Positions 1-9,908 are shown, counted from the stretch's first letter. The stretch is DNA of 64,000 nt from Gammaproteobacteria bacterium (GCA_013151745.1 JAADHS010000012.1:4354-68353); one strand, 5' to 3'. Made by a program: numbers and translations. Notes: generated from the letters alone by a model not told the origin.

Positions 1-660
1 ATTGGGGAAAAACTGGTCACGGCGAATCAATACGGTGACCTTGCTACCTAGCCGCTGCCAAACACTACCGAGTTCCAGGCCGATGACTCCCCCTCCAATG
101 ATAACCAGCTTTTTGGGTGCTTCCTTAAATTCAAGTGCTCCGGTAGAGTCAACTATAAGCTCATGGTCAACAGGTGCAAATGCAACATCACGTGGCTTGG
201 AGCCGGTGGCGATAATAATATGATGAGCCTTGAGTGTGGTTTCTGGCGTTGTGTTATCCGAGCGGATGACGTCTACTTTTTGATGGTCTATCAATCGTCC
301 TGTACCATGAAAAAATTCAATTTTATGTTTGATAAAGAGCGCTGAAACCCCACCGGTCAAGGTATTAACAATATCATCTTTACGTTTGAGCATGGTTTTG
401 ATGTTGATGCTGGCTTTGCCAATGGTAATGCCATGAGGGGTGAGTCCGGAAGCGAGTTCATGATATTTTTGTGATGAACTCAGTAATGCCTTGGAAGGGA
501 TGCAACCCACATTGAGACAGGTGCCGCCTGGGGACGCTTTTCCTGATTTATTAACCCATTGATCAATGACTGCTGTTTTCAGGCCGAGTTGTGCACAACG
601 AATCGCTGCGACATAGCCCCCCGGCCCTGCACCGATAACAATGACATCAAACTGTTTCAT
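1..660 (-). CDS. lpdA: Dihydrolipoamide dehydrogenase (E3 component), N-terminal 220 aa; the C-terminus lies beyond the 5' window edge
   Basis: The reverse complement of 600-660 reads ATGAAACAGTTTGATGTCATTGTTATCGGTGCAGGGCCGGGGGGCTAT, i.e. MKQFDVIVIGAGPGGY, a Rossmann FAD motif. Downstream residues GTCLNVGCIPSK give the redox-active disulfide CxxxxC. The gene sits immediately downstream of sucB. Confidence 0.9.
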   Translation of the reverse strand, partial: MKQFDVIVIGAGPGGYVAAIRCAQLGLKTAVIDQWVNKSGKASPGGTCLNVGCIPSKALLSSSQKYHELASGLTPHGITIGKASINIKTMLKRKDDIVNTLTGGVSALFIKHKIEFFHGTGRLIDHQKVDVIRSDNTTPETTLKAHHIIIATGSKPRDVAFAPVDHELIVDSTGALEFKEAPKKLVIIGGGVIGLELGSVWQRLGSKVTVLIRRDQFFPN

Positions 661-669
661 TTTACGCTC

Positions 670-1869
670 CTAGATTTGCAATAACAGGCGAGCCGGGTCT
701 TCTAACATCTCTTTTACAGTAATGAGAAAGTGTACCGCCTCCTTACCATCGACAATGCGATGATCATAAGACAGGGCGAGATACATCATGGGTCTGGCGA
801 CAATTTCACCGTTCTCAACAATGGGCCGGATTTGTGTCTTGTGCATGCCAAGAATACCACTTTGTGGAGGATTAAGAATGGGGGTGGATAGTAAAGAACC
901 AAAAACCCCGCCATTACTGATTGTAAAAGTGCCCCCCGTTAAATCATCAATAGAGAGTTTACCTTCTCGAGCTTTTATCGCGTAATCCGTGATTTGCTGT
1001 TCCAGCTCGGCAAAGGACAGGGCATCGGCATTTCTGACGACGGGAACGACTAAGCCTCGAGGAGAACTTACCGCGATGCTGATATCAAAATAGCCATGAT
1101 AAACAATATCATTGGCGTCTATGGATGCATTGACTACGGGGAATTTTTTGAGGCCTTCGACGACCGCTTTAGTGAAAAAGGACATGAACCCCAGTTTTAT
1201 ACCGTATTCTTTTTCAAATTTATCCTTATAACGACCCCGCATATCCATAACGGGCTGCATATTGACTTCATTAAAAGTAGTCAGCATGGCCGCCGTATTT
1301 TGTGCCTCCTTCAATCTTTCAGCAATACGGGTACGCAGGCGTGTCATCGGTACTCGACGTTCTTCTCGAGAGGCACCCAGTTGTGTGGGTGTGCCGGGTT
1401 GTACCGGCGGTTGTGCTGTAGACGGCGTTTTATTGTGGTTTAATACATCCGCTTTGGTGATGCGTCCATCTTTGCCCGTGCCGACAATATGCTCGGGGTT
1501 GATCCCCTGCTCGTTAACTCGTTTACGCACAGCCGGACTTAATTTAGCATGGGTTGATGATGCTGCAGACGCAACAGTTGCAGTGTGTTCGACGGACACG
1601 GTGGGTCTGGTCGCTTGCAGGCTGGCCTTGGCTTCGCTGTCTATGACGGCAAGCACTTCTTCACTGCCTACTGAAGTGCCATTGGCTTTTTTTATTTCAG
1701 TTAAAACGCCATCTTCCGGGGCGACGATTTCCAGCACAACCTTGTCTGTTTCCAGCTCTACAAGGATCTCATCTCTGAGAACAAATTCACCACTTTGTTT
1801 ATGCCAGCTAATCAGCGTTCCCTCCGTAATAGACTCAGACAAAACGGGGACTTTGACTTCGATCAACAT
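670..1869 (-). CDS. sucB: Dihydrolipoyllysine-residue succinyltransferase (E2 of 2-oxoglutarate dehydrogenase)
   Basis: 399 aa. N-terminal lipoyl domain ([24 protein letters not shown]), Ala/Pro-rich linker, C-terminal catalytic domain (..[13 protein letters not shown]..). Adjacent to sucA. Confidence 0.93.
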   Translation of the reverse strand: MLIEVKVPVLSESITEGTLISWHKQSGEFVLRDEILVELETDKVVLEIVAPEDGVLTEIKKANGTSVGSEEVLAVIDSEAKASLQATRPTVSVEHTATVASAASSTHAKLSPAVRKRVNEQGINPEHIVGTGKDGRITKADVLNHNKTPSTAQPPVQPGTPTQLGASREERRVPMTRLRTRIAERLKEAQNTAAMLTTFNEVNMQPVMDMRGRYKDKFEKEYGIKLGFMSFFTKAVVEGLKKFPVVNASIDANDIVYHGYFDISIAVSSPRGLVVPVVRNADALSFAELEQQITDYAIKAREGKLSIDDLTGGTFTISNGGVFGSLLSTPILNPPQSGILGMHKTQIRPIVENGEIVARPMMYLALSYDHRIVDGKEAVHFLITVKEMLEDPARLLLQI

Positions 1870-1890
1870 TGTTGTTCTCCCTTTACAATA

Positions 1891-4728
1891 TTATTTTGAA
1901 TTTATCGACAGTGCCTCTTCAATCAAATGGCGTTGTTGCATGATATGCTTTTTCAAGTAACCCACTGCAGGTGCTGCCGCCGCCGTGCGTCCTGCATAGC
2001 GTAGTTGTTGACCGACCTTGAGTTTATCTCTTATATGGTCTTGAATGAAGCCCCATGCCCCCTGATTTTGTGGTTCTTCCTGGCACCAGACAATGTCCTG
2101 GGCATTACAATATTGGGTCATGATGTCTTTTAATTCAATATCTGGAAATGGATATAATTGTTCAATTCTGACGATTGCGGTATTCAAAACGCCTTGTTTT
2201 TTCTGTTCCTGGAGTAAGTCAAAATAGACTTTACCGCTACAAAAAATGACTTTTTCGATTTCTGAAGGCGCGGTAACGTAGGTATCATCAATGATCAGTT
2301 GAAATGGGTGTGAAACCAGGTCGTCCAGTGTCGAGGTTGAATCTCGATGTCTTAATAAACTCTTGGGCGTCATGACGATCAAGGGTTTTCGATAGGGTCG
2401 CAACATCTGTCGGCGAATAAGATGAAACATTTGGCTGGGTAAGCTGGGTACGAGAACTTGAATATTGTCTTCAGCACAGAGTTGCAGGTATCTTTCCAGT
2501 CTTGCTGATGAGTGCTCTGGGCCTTGGCCATCGAAACCATGCGGCAGATACATCACCAGACTGCTCAGACGATTCCATTTAGAGTGGCCAGAGGATATAA
2601 ACTGGTCAATAACCACTTGAGCACCATTGGCAAAGTCGCCAAATTGAGCTTCCCATATAGTGAGGCATTTAGGGTCTGTCGCACTAAAACCATATTCAAA
2701 GCCCAGTACGGCCTCTTCAGAGAGCAGTGAATCAATGACGGTAAAGCTCGGTTTGCTGTCATTAACATAGCGTAGCGGGACATGGGCTGCCCCCGTTTTT
2801 TGATCATGGAGAACCGCATGACGATGAAAAAAAGTGCCTCTGCCGCTGTCCTGACCCGATAAACGTACAGAATAACCTTCTCTAAGCAGAGTGGCATAGG
2901 CCAGCGTTTCAGCAAAGCCCCAGTCCATCCTGGCCTCTCCGCTGGCCATATTCAGTCGCTCTTCCATAATTCGAGCGACCCTGGGGTGTAGAACGAAGCC
3001 CTCAGGAAGTAAGTTCAGTTGTTTTGCCAAAGTCGATACGACTTGTTGTGATGTTTGTGTATTAACAGCGTAGCGCCAGTGGGTTTCCGCATAGGGTGTC
3101 CAGTCGGTCATTACGGCTCGTGCTGTTGCATTGATGTTGGGTGCGGCGGTTTCACCGTGGTCTAGCAGTGCCCGATATTGTTGTTGCATCTGAGTAATGT
3201 CATCTTGTGTAACAACACCTTCTTTAACCAGATGTTGAGCATAGATATCGGGTACGGTTGCATGCTGTTTAATGATTGAATACATCATGGGTTGCGTTGC
3301 GGAGGGTTCATCTGCTTCACTGTGGCCGTGCCTGCGATAACAGAATAGATCGATGACAACATCTCTGCCAAATTCATTGCGAAAGTCAAAAGCAAGCTGT
3401 GCTGCAAAAAGCACGGCTTCCGGGTTGTCGCCATTGACGTGTAGTACCGGAGCTTGAACCATCCGAGCAACTTCAGTGCAATACGGAGTAGAGCGGGCAT
3501 CCAGATGATTGCTTGTGGTAAATCCGATTTGATTATTAATGATAATATGCAAGGCGCCACCAATGGTAAAGCCGCGTGCTTGAGACATGTTGAAGGTTTC
3601 CATGACGACGCCCTGACCCGCAAAAGCAGCATCGCCATGGATTAATATAGGCATGACTTCGGTGCGTTTTTTATCCTCTCTTCGGTGTTGTCGGGCGCGT
3701 ACAGAACCGGCGACGACAGGGCAGATGATTTCAAGATGTGACGGGTTAAAGGAGAGGGCAAGATGGAGGTCTCCGCCGTCTGTTTTAATGTTTGAAGAGA
3801 AACCTTGATGGTATTTGACATCACCTGAGCCTTCATTGGTACTGGGGTCAAAATGTCCTTCGAACTCTTGGAACAGCGTAGCAGGAGATTTACCCAATAT
3901 ATTGATCAATACGTTTAAACGACCGCGGTGTGCCATGCCCATGACCACTTCTTTTGTCCCGTTTTTTCCTGCGGATTGAAGGAGGTGGTCGAGCAGAGGA
4001 ATCAGGCTTTCACCGCCTTCCAGAGAAAAACGCTTTTGCCCAACATATTTGGTATGCAGGTATTTTTCCAGGCCCGACGCGGCAATAACACGAGATAAAA
4101 TATTGCGTTGTTGCGCCGGGTCAGGTCTCAATTTGGCGCGTGACGACTCAAGGCGTTGCTGGATCCAACGCTTTTGAGTGGTGCTGGAAATATGCATATA
4201 TTCAGCGCCAAGGTGGCCGCAATAGGTTTCTCTTAAATGATGTATGATATCTCGCAAAGTGGCTTGTTCGACGCCAGCCAGTGAGCCTGTATTAAATACC
4301 GTATCCATATCATTTTCGCTCAAACCGTGAGAGGCCGGGATCAGGTCAGGCAAAGGTGGCGATTTTTTGAGTGAAAGAGGGTCGGTTTTTGCTTCCTGGT
4401 GGCCGCGAAAGCGATAAGCATTGATGAGTTGTAACACGGCGACTTGTTTACTCTCAATAGATTCGATGACTTGGTTATAGTCTTGATGCGTTAAAGAACG
4501 AGGTCGGTGACCTTGAAAAACAAATTCATTACGGATAAGGGCATGATCAACGTCAGCAATGGGTGGGTCATTGGGTTTTTTGAACGTGTCAAAATAACTA
4601 CGCCAGTTTTCATCTATGTCGTTGGGGTTTGTTAAATAGTTGGCATACAGCTCTTCAATAAATGCAGCATTACCCGCAAATAAATAGCTACTGTCCAAAA
4701 AGTCTTGCATTCCGTTTTTGTTCTTCAC
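1891..4728 (-). CDS. sucA: 2-oxoglutarate dehydrogenase E1 component
   Basis: 945 aa with the typical SucA N-terminus (DSSYLFAGNAAFIEELY), a TPP-binding region and a transketolase-like C-terminal half. Confidence 0.95.
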   Translation of the reverse strand: MKNKNGMQDFLDSSYLFAGNAAFIEELYANYLTNPNDIDENWRSYFDTFKKPNDPPIADVDHALIRNEFVFQGHRPRSLTHQDYNQVIESIESKQVAVLQLINAYRFRGHQEAKTDPLSLKKSPPLPDLIPASHGLSENDMDTVFNTGSLAGVEQATLRDIIHHLRETYCGHLGAEYMHISSTTQKRWIQQRLESSRAKLRPDPAQQRNILSRVIAASGLEKYLHTKYVGQKRFSLEGGESLIPLLDHLLQSAGKNGTKEVVMGMAHRGRLNVLINILGKSPATLFQEFEGHFDPSTNEGSGDVKYHQGFSSNIKTDGGDLHLALSFNPSHLEIICPVVAGSVRARQHRREDKKRTEVMPILIHGDAAFAGQGVVMETFNMSQARGFTIGGALHIIINNQIGFTTSNHLDARSTPYCTEVARMVQAPVLHVNGDNPEAVLFAAQLAFDFRNEFGRDVVIDLFCYRRHGHSEADEPSATQPMMYSIIKQHATVPDIYAQHLVKEGVVTQDDITQMQQQYRALLDHGETAAPNINATARAVMTDWTPYAETHWRYAVNTQTSQQVVSTLAKQLNLLPEGFVLHPRVARIMEERLNMASGEARMDWGFAETLAYATLLREGYSVRLSGQDSGRGTFFHRHAVLHDQKTGAAHVPLRYVNDSKPSFTVIDSLLSEEAVLGFEYGFSATDPKCLTIWEAQFGDFANGAQVVIDQFISSGHSKWNRLSSLVMYLPHGFDGQGPEHSSARLERYLQLCAEDNIQVLVPSLPSQMFHLIRRQMLRPYRKPLIVMTPKSLLRHRDSTSTLDDLVSHPFQLIIDDTYVTAPSEIEKVIFCSGKVYFDLLQEQKKQGVLNTAIVRIEQLYPFPDIELKDIMTQYCNAQDIVWCQEEPQNQGAWGFIQDHIRDKLKVGQQLRYAGRTAAAAPAVGYLKKHIMQQRHLIEEALSINSK

Positions 4729-4743
4729 TGTAACGACCCTGTT

Positions 4744-6519
4744 TTATAAAGAAGACCAAATTGTGTCAAAATCCCCTGATTCTTCCAGGTTATTTTTGTT
4801 TTGTTCTTTGTTGAGAGAGGTTGTTGTATATTGAAATTGTTTAAACCATTTGTTGGATTGTATGAGCCTTGAAAGCTGGATGAGTGTTTCACCGTTGTTT
4901 TGATGTAATAATACCGTATTTCCTGTATGAAAAAATGAAGACGTCATGATGGTTTCAGGCCTATTTATCGCTTTGATCGTGGGCAGTATTAAAGCATAGC
5001 TGAAGTCTTCTGTTTGTTTGCTTTCCTGTTTTAATTTAATTCGTACCGCTTCTGCTGTTGGTGTTAACACTTCTGCGCCCATAATAACAATAGCGTCTTC
5101 TTTTTTCATCCAGCGAATGATGCATAGCGTGTAATTTTGTGGCTGGTCTGGGGATTCAACAACACAGAGCAAGTCATCGACATTTAATGGCGCATGTTCT
5201 TTTTGCTCCCAGAGTAAGCAGTACCCGCCCGCGCTTTCATCTATTTTTTTGAGCAGATAGCGGTGCGCTGGAGTGCATGTTGTGTCTGGTAAATCCGGAC
5301 TCAAGTCGTCGTTTATTGTTGCTGTAGCTTGTACACGTTGGCCAAAATCCCACAGGGTGTTTTTTTGACCATGGAGAGGGTCAGGTGTTTTTTCTTTTGC
5401 GGAAAAAACAGCAGGGCGTTGCCAGTTGTCATTTTCATTTGAAAAATTGGAGATATAACGATGTATAGAGGATAATCCTATAGTGACTTCAACTGAACTT
5501 GATTTTTTGTGTCGGGGGAATTGGCGTTTTGACAATAGCTCCCAGGAGAGCAGCAAGCGTTTTAATGTCGTTTTTGACAGGGCTCGAGTTGCTTCCTCTT
5601 GCTCGCCAACGTGTAAATGACCAGCCTGGTTGGTAGAAAGCAATGATGATTCCCTTATTTTTTTTATCAATAATGAAGTGTCTAATATTAAACATGGTTC
5701 ATTTTCAAGATCAAGCTGACTATGAAAGCGAGGTGGGTCGTCTTTATAGGGGTTGACAGCGAACAGACCGGAGGCTTGCGTGTCTGCATGTGATTCACTG
5801 AGCTTGCAAAAAGGAGCCCAATATTTAAGTGAATGTTGAATGTTCAGAGTGTCTTCCTGCGAGAGTTGATAAGGGTTGGCCAGCGCAAGAAGGAGTGTCT
5901 GTAAATAGATATTGTCTATCGTTTTTGTTTTGTCTTTGCGAAGATGGCGTGTCGTGACTACGCCAGTATTTAAATTATGGGTCCGCGCGAAAGAATACAG
6001 TGTGTGTAACTCCAGCCATAACAGAGGCGGTGCGGAAGTATATACCAGATATTCATTAGTTAAAATTTGGTGCATATGAAGCAAGGTATGATAGATCGAC
6101 GGTAATAGTAGAGACTTGCTGGTAAATAAGCCGCCATGATTGTGAATGAGATCGATGATGATTTTATAGCCCGTCGTTAATTCTGTTAATATTTCTCTGG
6201 CAAGGTGTGCAACTTTAATATTTTTCATGGAAAGTGTTGCCGAGACGTGGGTATATTTTCCTTGTAAGGACGCGATGATCTCTTCTATGGCAGGGGTTAT
6301 TTTTTGCAGAAAATAAAATCGTTCTTGATTTGGTATAAGGGTGCCATTGGTTTCGCGCAAGGCATGGTAAATATGCCGGCTCAGTTCCCCTATGTGCGCC
6401 CGTGGCAGGTCGTTGTACCATTCATCAATATGCTTGGCCTGAGTGTTAAAATGAGTGGTTTTAGCCGGTTTTTTTTGTTCCGGTACATTGAGCATTAATG
6501 GCTTTCCAGTTGTGGCCAC
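4744..6519 (-). CDS. Large hypothetical protein with a C-terminal PilZ-like motif (possible c-di-GMP receptor)
   Basis: 591 aa ORF ending 15 bp upstream of the sucA start. It contains ..AHRYLLKKIDESAGGYCLLWE.. (DxSxGG, the second PilZ signature) followed by beta-strand-like segments. A canonical RxxxR partner is not clear. No other domain recognised by eye. Confidence 0.45.
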   Translation of the reverse strand: MATTGKPLMLNVPEQKKPAKTTHFNTQAKHIDEWYNDLPRAHIGELSRHIYHALRETNGTLIPNQERFYFLQKITPAIEEIIASLQGKYTHVSATLSMKNIKVAHLAREILTELTTGYKIIIDLIHNHGGLFTSKSLLLPSIYHTLLHMHQILTNEYLVYTSAPPLLWLELHTLYSFARTHNLNTGVVTTRHLRKDKTKTIDNIYLQTLLLALANPYQLSQEDTLNIQHSLKYWAPFCKLSESHADTQASGLFAVNPYKDDPPRFHSQLDLENEPCLILDTSLLIKKIRESSLLSTNQAGHLHVGEQEEATRALSKTTLKRLLLSWELLSKRQFPRHKKSSSVEVTIGLSSIHRYISNFSNENDNWQRPAVFSAKEKTPDPLHGQKNTLWDFGQRVQATATINDDLSPDLPDTTCTPAHRYLLKKIDESAGGYCLLWEQKEHAPLNVDDLLCVVESPDQPQNYTLCIIRWMKKEDAIVIMGAEVLTPTAEAVRIKLKQESKQTEDFSYALILPTIKAINRPETIMTSSFFHTGNTVLLHQNNGETLIQLSRLIQSNKWFKQFQYTTTSLNKEQNKNNLEESGDFDTIWSSL

Positions 6520-6671
6520 TATAAACCTCCGCTGTTTTGACTCTCTGGTTTCTGATAAAATGATGTCTTTGATAAAGGATATAATCGACCAATAAGCGAT
6601 TTTGTTTAAGAAAATCTAAAATATTAGCAAACATTCAAGCCCAGTGCCGATCGCACCGATATGTTTCTATG

Positions 6672-6895
6672 CCCATGGCGTTATGAATTTAGGTGTTAGC
6701 ACGTGCAAATAAGCCTTGGATTCGGTTTTTCCGACTGACGACTGCATGGATACAGGAGATAGCACCCAAAGAACTGGGTATAAATGCTCTACATCGCGGA
6801 TCAACTGCGTTTTCTAGGGTAAAAGTAACTTACCGAGAAAAAACCGAGAATGAGTGCCGGTGGACGTGAAAATGCCTCAATTCATAACGCCATGG
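6672..6895. repeat. Intergenic repeat element copy A (224 bp, 18-bp perfect terminal inverted repeats)
   Basis: CCCATGGCGTTATGAATT at 6672-6689 and its reverse complement AATTCATAACGCCATGGG at 6878-6895. Internal modules recur elsewhere: a TCGGTTTTTCCGA hairpin, CAGGAGATAGCACCCAAAGAACTGG, and GCTCTACATCGCGGATCAACTGCGTTTTCTAGG. Confidence 0.8.
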
Positions 6896-6945
6896 GTTGA
6901 TAGTCGTTTTATGAAATTATTGAACAACGTGGGAGTGATAATAGA

Positions 6946-8649
6946 TTGTTAAGTACAGCTTCCACTTTTCGTTTAGAGCAATCATTGTGTATTGGTTTTA
7001 TAGCCAGTCGCCATTCCTCAAGTAAAATAATCAGCGATATGTTGATTAAGTCGGGGCATCATATAGATATTTTTTTGGGTCTCCAGGAGGCTTTGCCTCA
7101 AGTGACCACGGGGAAGTATGACCTTATATTGATTATGGTCGAAAAAGGGGCAGAGGCTAAACAGTGTGAAGAATTAATTCGTTTTGTTCGTCAGCAAAAA
7201 ACTCCTGAAATATATAGCATACCTTTAGTCGTCATTACCGAATTTGATAGTGCGATGACCCTCGAAAATTTGTTTTTGGCGGGGGCAAGTGATGTCATTA
7301 TTTTACCCATTAGCGAAGCAGAATTACACAATAGGCTACATCAGGTTATTTTTTTAGTTCCTGAATCTATTTTTGAAGGTCGTCGAAGCGAGAAAGAACG
7401 GTTAGAAATTGAAAATATAAACGAGCCGGACAAGTTAACTGAAAAAAATACAAAGCCATCAAGGAAGAGGGGCTGGTATATTATTGTTTTCATAGGGCTA
7501 GTTCTTGGGTTGATTGCTATTATCAATATGGGTCATAACACGCAGGCACCAGAGCGAGAAGACCATTTTGTTCAAGAAACGGTGGTTAAAAAGGAAGTTA
7601 AAGAGGTTGTCAGTCAGCCAGAAATCGTCATTAAACCGGCTGTTGAAGAACCAAAAACAGTGCATAAAACGGCTATTTTAATCTCAACGGTACGCCCTGA
7701 ACTCGGTAGTCTGATTCAAAATAGAGACTTTTCTGGGCGGGTTGTGAGTGAAGAGCAATGGGCTGTTCGCTCAAAAACTTCCGGAAAAATAGCCCGTGTT
7801 TTTGTTGATGTTGGTGAGCGCGTCTCTAAAAAACAGGTGATTGCCGTTCTGGAAAGCAAGAAGGCGGTGACCGAGTTAAAAAATGCCCAGATTAGTTTGA
7901 GAAAAGCAAAGGCCTTTTTGCAGCTTGCGACGGATAAATATGAGACAACGCTTGAACGTTATCGCCAAGGACAAGGTAACAAGCCTCGTTTGCGTGAGGC
8001 TGAAGTGTCTCAACATAATGCAAAAACGGAGCAAAAAATGGCCGAAAAAGCCTACAGGGATGCCCGCATAGCATTGGAAAATACAAGAATTACTGCGAAG
8101 TTTGACGGCGTTATATCTTCGGTGTTTTTTGAAAAAAATAAGATGATAAATAAAAACGATATTTTGTTTAACCTGGAAAAATCGTCAAAAAAAGGGGTAG
8201 AACTCTTTTTAGAAGCAAAACAAAAGCCTGATATTGCTGTAAATAATAGTGTGACCGTATTTACTGACAGGGATGAAAGCGCGTCTCCATCCTGGGATGA
8301 AAAAGTCGTGGCGGTTAGGCCGGTAGTGGATGCATCAGGTGTCACCTCAGCATGGCGAGTTCAATTGACACTGACAAACGATCGTTTGCGTTACGGTCAG
8401 CAAGTGCATGTCAATTTACCCATACTTGAAAAAGAAGAGGTTGTTAAAGTTCATACAAGTAATGTGATAAATAAGAAAACCCAACCGTTCATACCCATAA
8501 ACAATAAGGGTGTGGTTAAATATCAACCTGTTAAACTAGGTTTGCAGATGGGGGATTATGTGGAAATAAAGCAGGGGTTAGTGCTGGATGATGAAATTAT
8601 TGTATCTCCAGAGCTGCTTGACGAAGGGGTGTCAGTGAGAACCCATTGA
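6946..8649 (+). CDS. Degenerate receiver (pseudo-REC) domain, one TM helix, then an HlyD/RND-adaptor-like periplasmic domain
   Basis: 567 aa. N-terminal CheY-like fold in which the phospho-acceptor position is Met (..YDLILIMVE..) and the conserved Lys is lost. A hydrophobic helix (WYIIVFIGLVLGLIAIINMG) follows. The C-terminal region has the biotin-lipoyl-like hairpin (GKIARVFVDVGERVSKKQVIAVLE), a coiled coil and the beta-barrel/MP domain typical of membrane fusion proteins. The start is uncertain: TTG at 6946 or ATG near 7038. Confidence 0.6.
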   Translation: MLSTASTFRLEQSLCIGFIASRHSSSKIISDMLIKSGHHIDIFLGLQEALPQVTTGKYDLILIMVEKGAEAKQCEELIRFVRQQKTPEIYSIPLVVITEFDSAMTLENLFLAGASDVIILPISEAELHNRLHQVIFLVPESIFEGRRSEKERLEIENINEPDKLTEKNTKPSRKRGWYIIVFIGLVLGLIAIINMGHNTQAPEREDHFVQETVVKKEVKEVVSQPEIVIKPAVEEPKTVHKTAILISTVRPELGSLIQNRDFSGRVVSEEQWAVRSKTSGKIARVFVDVGERVSKKQVIAVLESKKAVTELKNAQISLRKAKAFLQLATDKYETTLERYRQGQGNKPRLREAEVSQHNAKTEQKMAEKAYRDARIALENTRITAKFDGVISSVFFEKNKMINKNDILFNLEKSSKKGVELFLEAKQKPDIAVNNSVTVFTDRDESASPSWDEKVVAVRPVVDASGVTSAWRVQLTLTNDRLRYGQQVHVNLPILEKEEVVKVHTSNVINKKTQPFIPINNKGVVKYQPVKLGLQMGDYVEIKQGLVLDDEIIVSPELLDEGVSVRTH

Positions 8650-8749
8650 ACCTAAAAAACTCAGTTGATCCACCTAACTATGCGGGAAAAAGTTTCATCA
8701 CCAATAAGGTGACCATGATTTTCCTCGCTACGTTATTTGAATCAATATC

Positions 8750-8800
8750 TTGCATTCTACATTTGCGTCCAACTGCGTTTTCTAGGTTGAACCTAAAGTT
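8750..8800. repeat. Repeat-family fragment E (CGTCCAACTGCGTTTTCTAGG module)
   Basis: Matches the 3' module of copies A, C and F. Confidence 0.6.
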
Positions 8801-9026
8801 TTACACCGAATCAGCCGAAAACAAATTGAAATCGCATATGAAATTAATGCATGCTCTGACCCGGTGAACTTTTTTTAATGAGGCGTTATTAGCGTATATA
8901 CCTGTCACAGTGGGTGAGCGTATGAGACCGTTTATTCAATTGCATAGGGATGACTATTGGATTCGTTTGTCTTTGCTGTTGGGTTGGGTATGCTTGATTA
9001 AATAACAAGGGAGTTGTTTATAAGCT

Positions 9027-9896
9027 ATGATTCAAGCGCGTGCTTTACGTCTGGTTGACGGAGTTTCAGATCTGATTGCTTTGCCCGAAGTCAGTCTCAA
9101 GGTTAATGAGTTAGTTGATGATCCTACCTCGTCGGCCGCCGATATGGCTCAAGTCATTAGCCTGGATGCGGCTATAACGGCAAAATTGCTGAAAGTTGCT
9201 AACAGTTCTTTTTATCGCTTTCCATCAAAAATTGATACGGTATCCAGAGCGGTGACGATCATTGGAACGAGAGAGCTTAGGTTCTTGGTTTTAGCCAGTT
9301 CCGCTGTGCGTTCATTTGATAAAATAAATAATAACAATATTGATATTGCTTCGTTTTGGCGTCACAGTGTTTATACTGCGGTTGTTGCACGACTGCTTGC
9401 GACTAAATGTAATATATTACATAAAGAACGACTTTTTGTCTGTGGCTTGCTTCACGATGTGGGTCATTTGGTCATGTCGCACCGCATCCCTGATCTTGTG
9501 CAAGTGATGCAATATCGAGCCGAGACGGCCAAAATCCCAAGGTATGAGGCTGAACAGAGTGTCTATGAAGTCGATCATGCCCTCGTTGGGGCCGAGTTAC
9601 TCAAATCATGGGGCTTGCCGGAAAGTTTGCAAGATGCGATTAAATATCACCACGAACCTGAGAAAGCAGCGGATTATATGCTAGAAACTTCAATCGTGCA
9701 TATTGCCAACAGTCTTGGCAAGCTGGGAGAGCTGGGTGGTACCGACTTAAGCCAGTGTCCGATGATCTCACCTGTTGCATGGGAGGTGACGAAGTTATCA
9801 CCAGACATTGTAGAATCTGTCTTGCAGGAGGCGCGAGCACAATTTTTGGAAGCGCTATTGTTATTCTTGCCCGGCGTTGCTGTAGCAGCGAGTTGA
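9027..9896 (+). CDS. HDOD domain signalling protein
   Basis: 289 aa with HD-related output domain motifs (..FRHSVYTAVVARLLA.., ..GLLHDVGHLVM..). Confidence 0.75.
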   Translation: MIQARALRLVDGVSDLIALPEVSLKVNELVDDPTSSAADMAQVISLDAAITAKLLKVANSSFYRFPSKIDTVSRAVTIIGTRELRFLVLASSAVRSFDKINNNNIDIASFWRHSVYTAVVARLLATKCNILHKERLFVCGLLHDVGHLVMSHRIPDLVQVMQYRAETAKIPRYEAEQSVYEVDHALVGAELLKSWGLPESLQDAIKYHHEPEKAADYMLETSIVHIANSLGKLGELGGTDLSQCPMISPVAWEVTKLSPDIVESVLQEARAQFLEALLLFLPGVAVAAS

Positions 9897-9908
9897 TATT
9901 GGAGAAAA

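Noticed and set aside
2-345. Two plus-strand ORFs (73 and 60 aa) at the window start
   Set aside because: They lie antisense to the clearly recognisable lpd coding sequence (MKQFDVIVIGAGPGG.. on the minus strand). There is no RBS and the composition is low-complexity, so they are spurious.
1262-1960. A 232-aa plus-strand ORF antisense to sucB
   Set aside because: It is entirely embedded in the strongly supported sucB gene. The Ser/Thr/Ala-rich translation is an antisense artefact of the Ala/Pro-rich E2 linker region.
8646-8867. A 73-aa ORF downstream of the adaptor gene
   Set aside because: It spans repeat fragment E and has no RBS, so it is a probable artefact.
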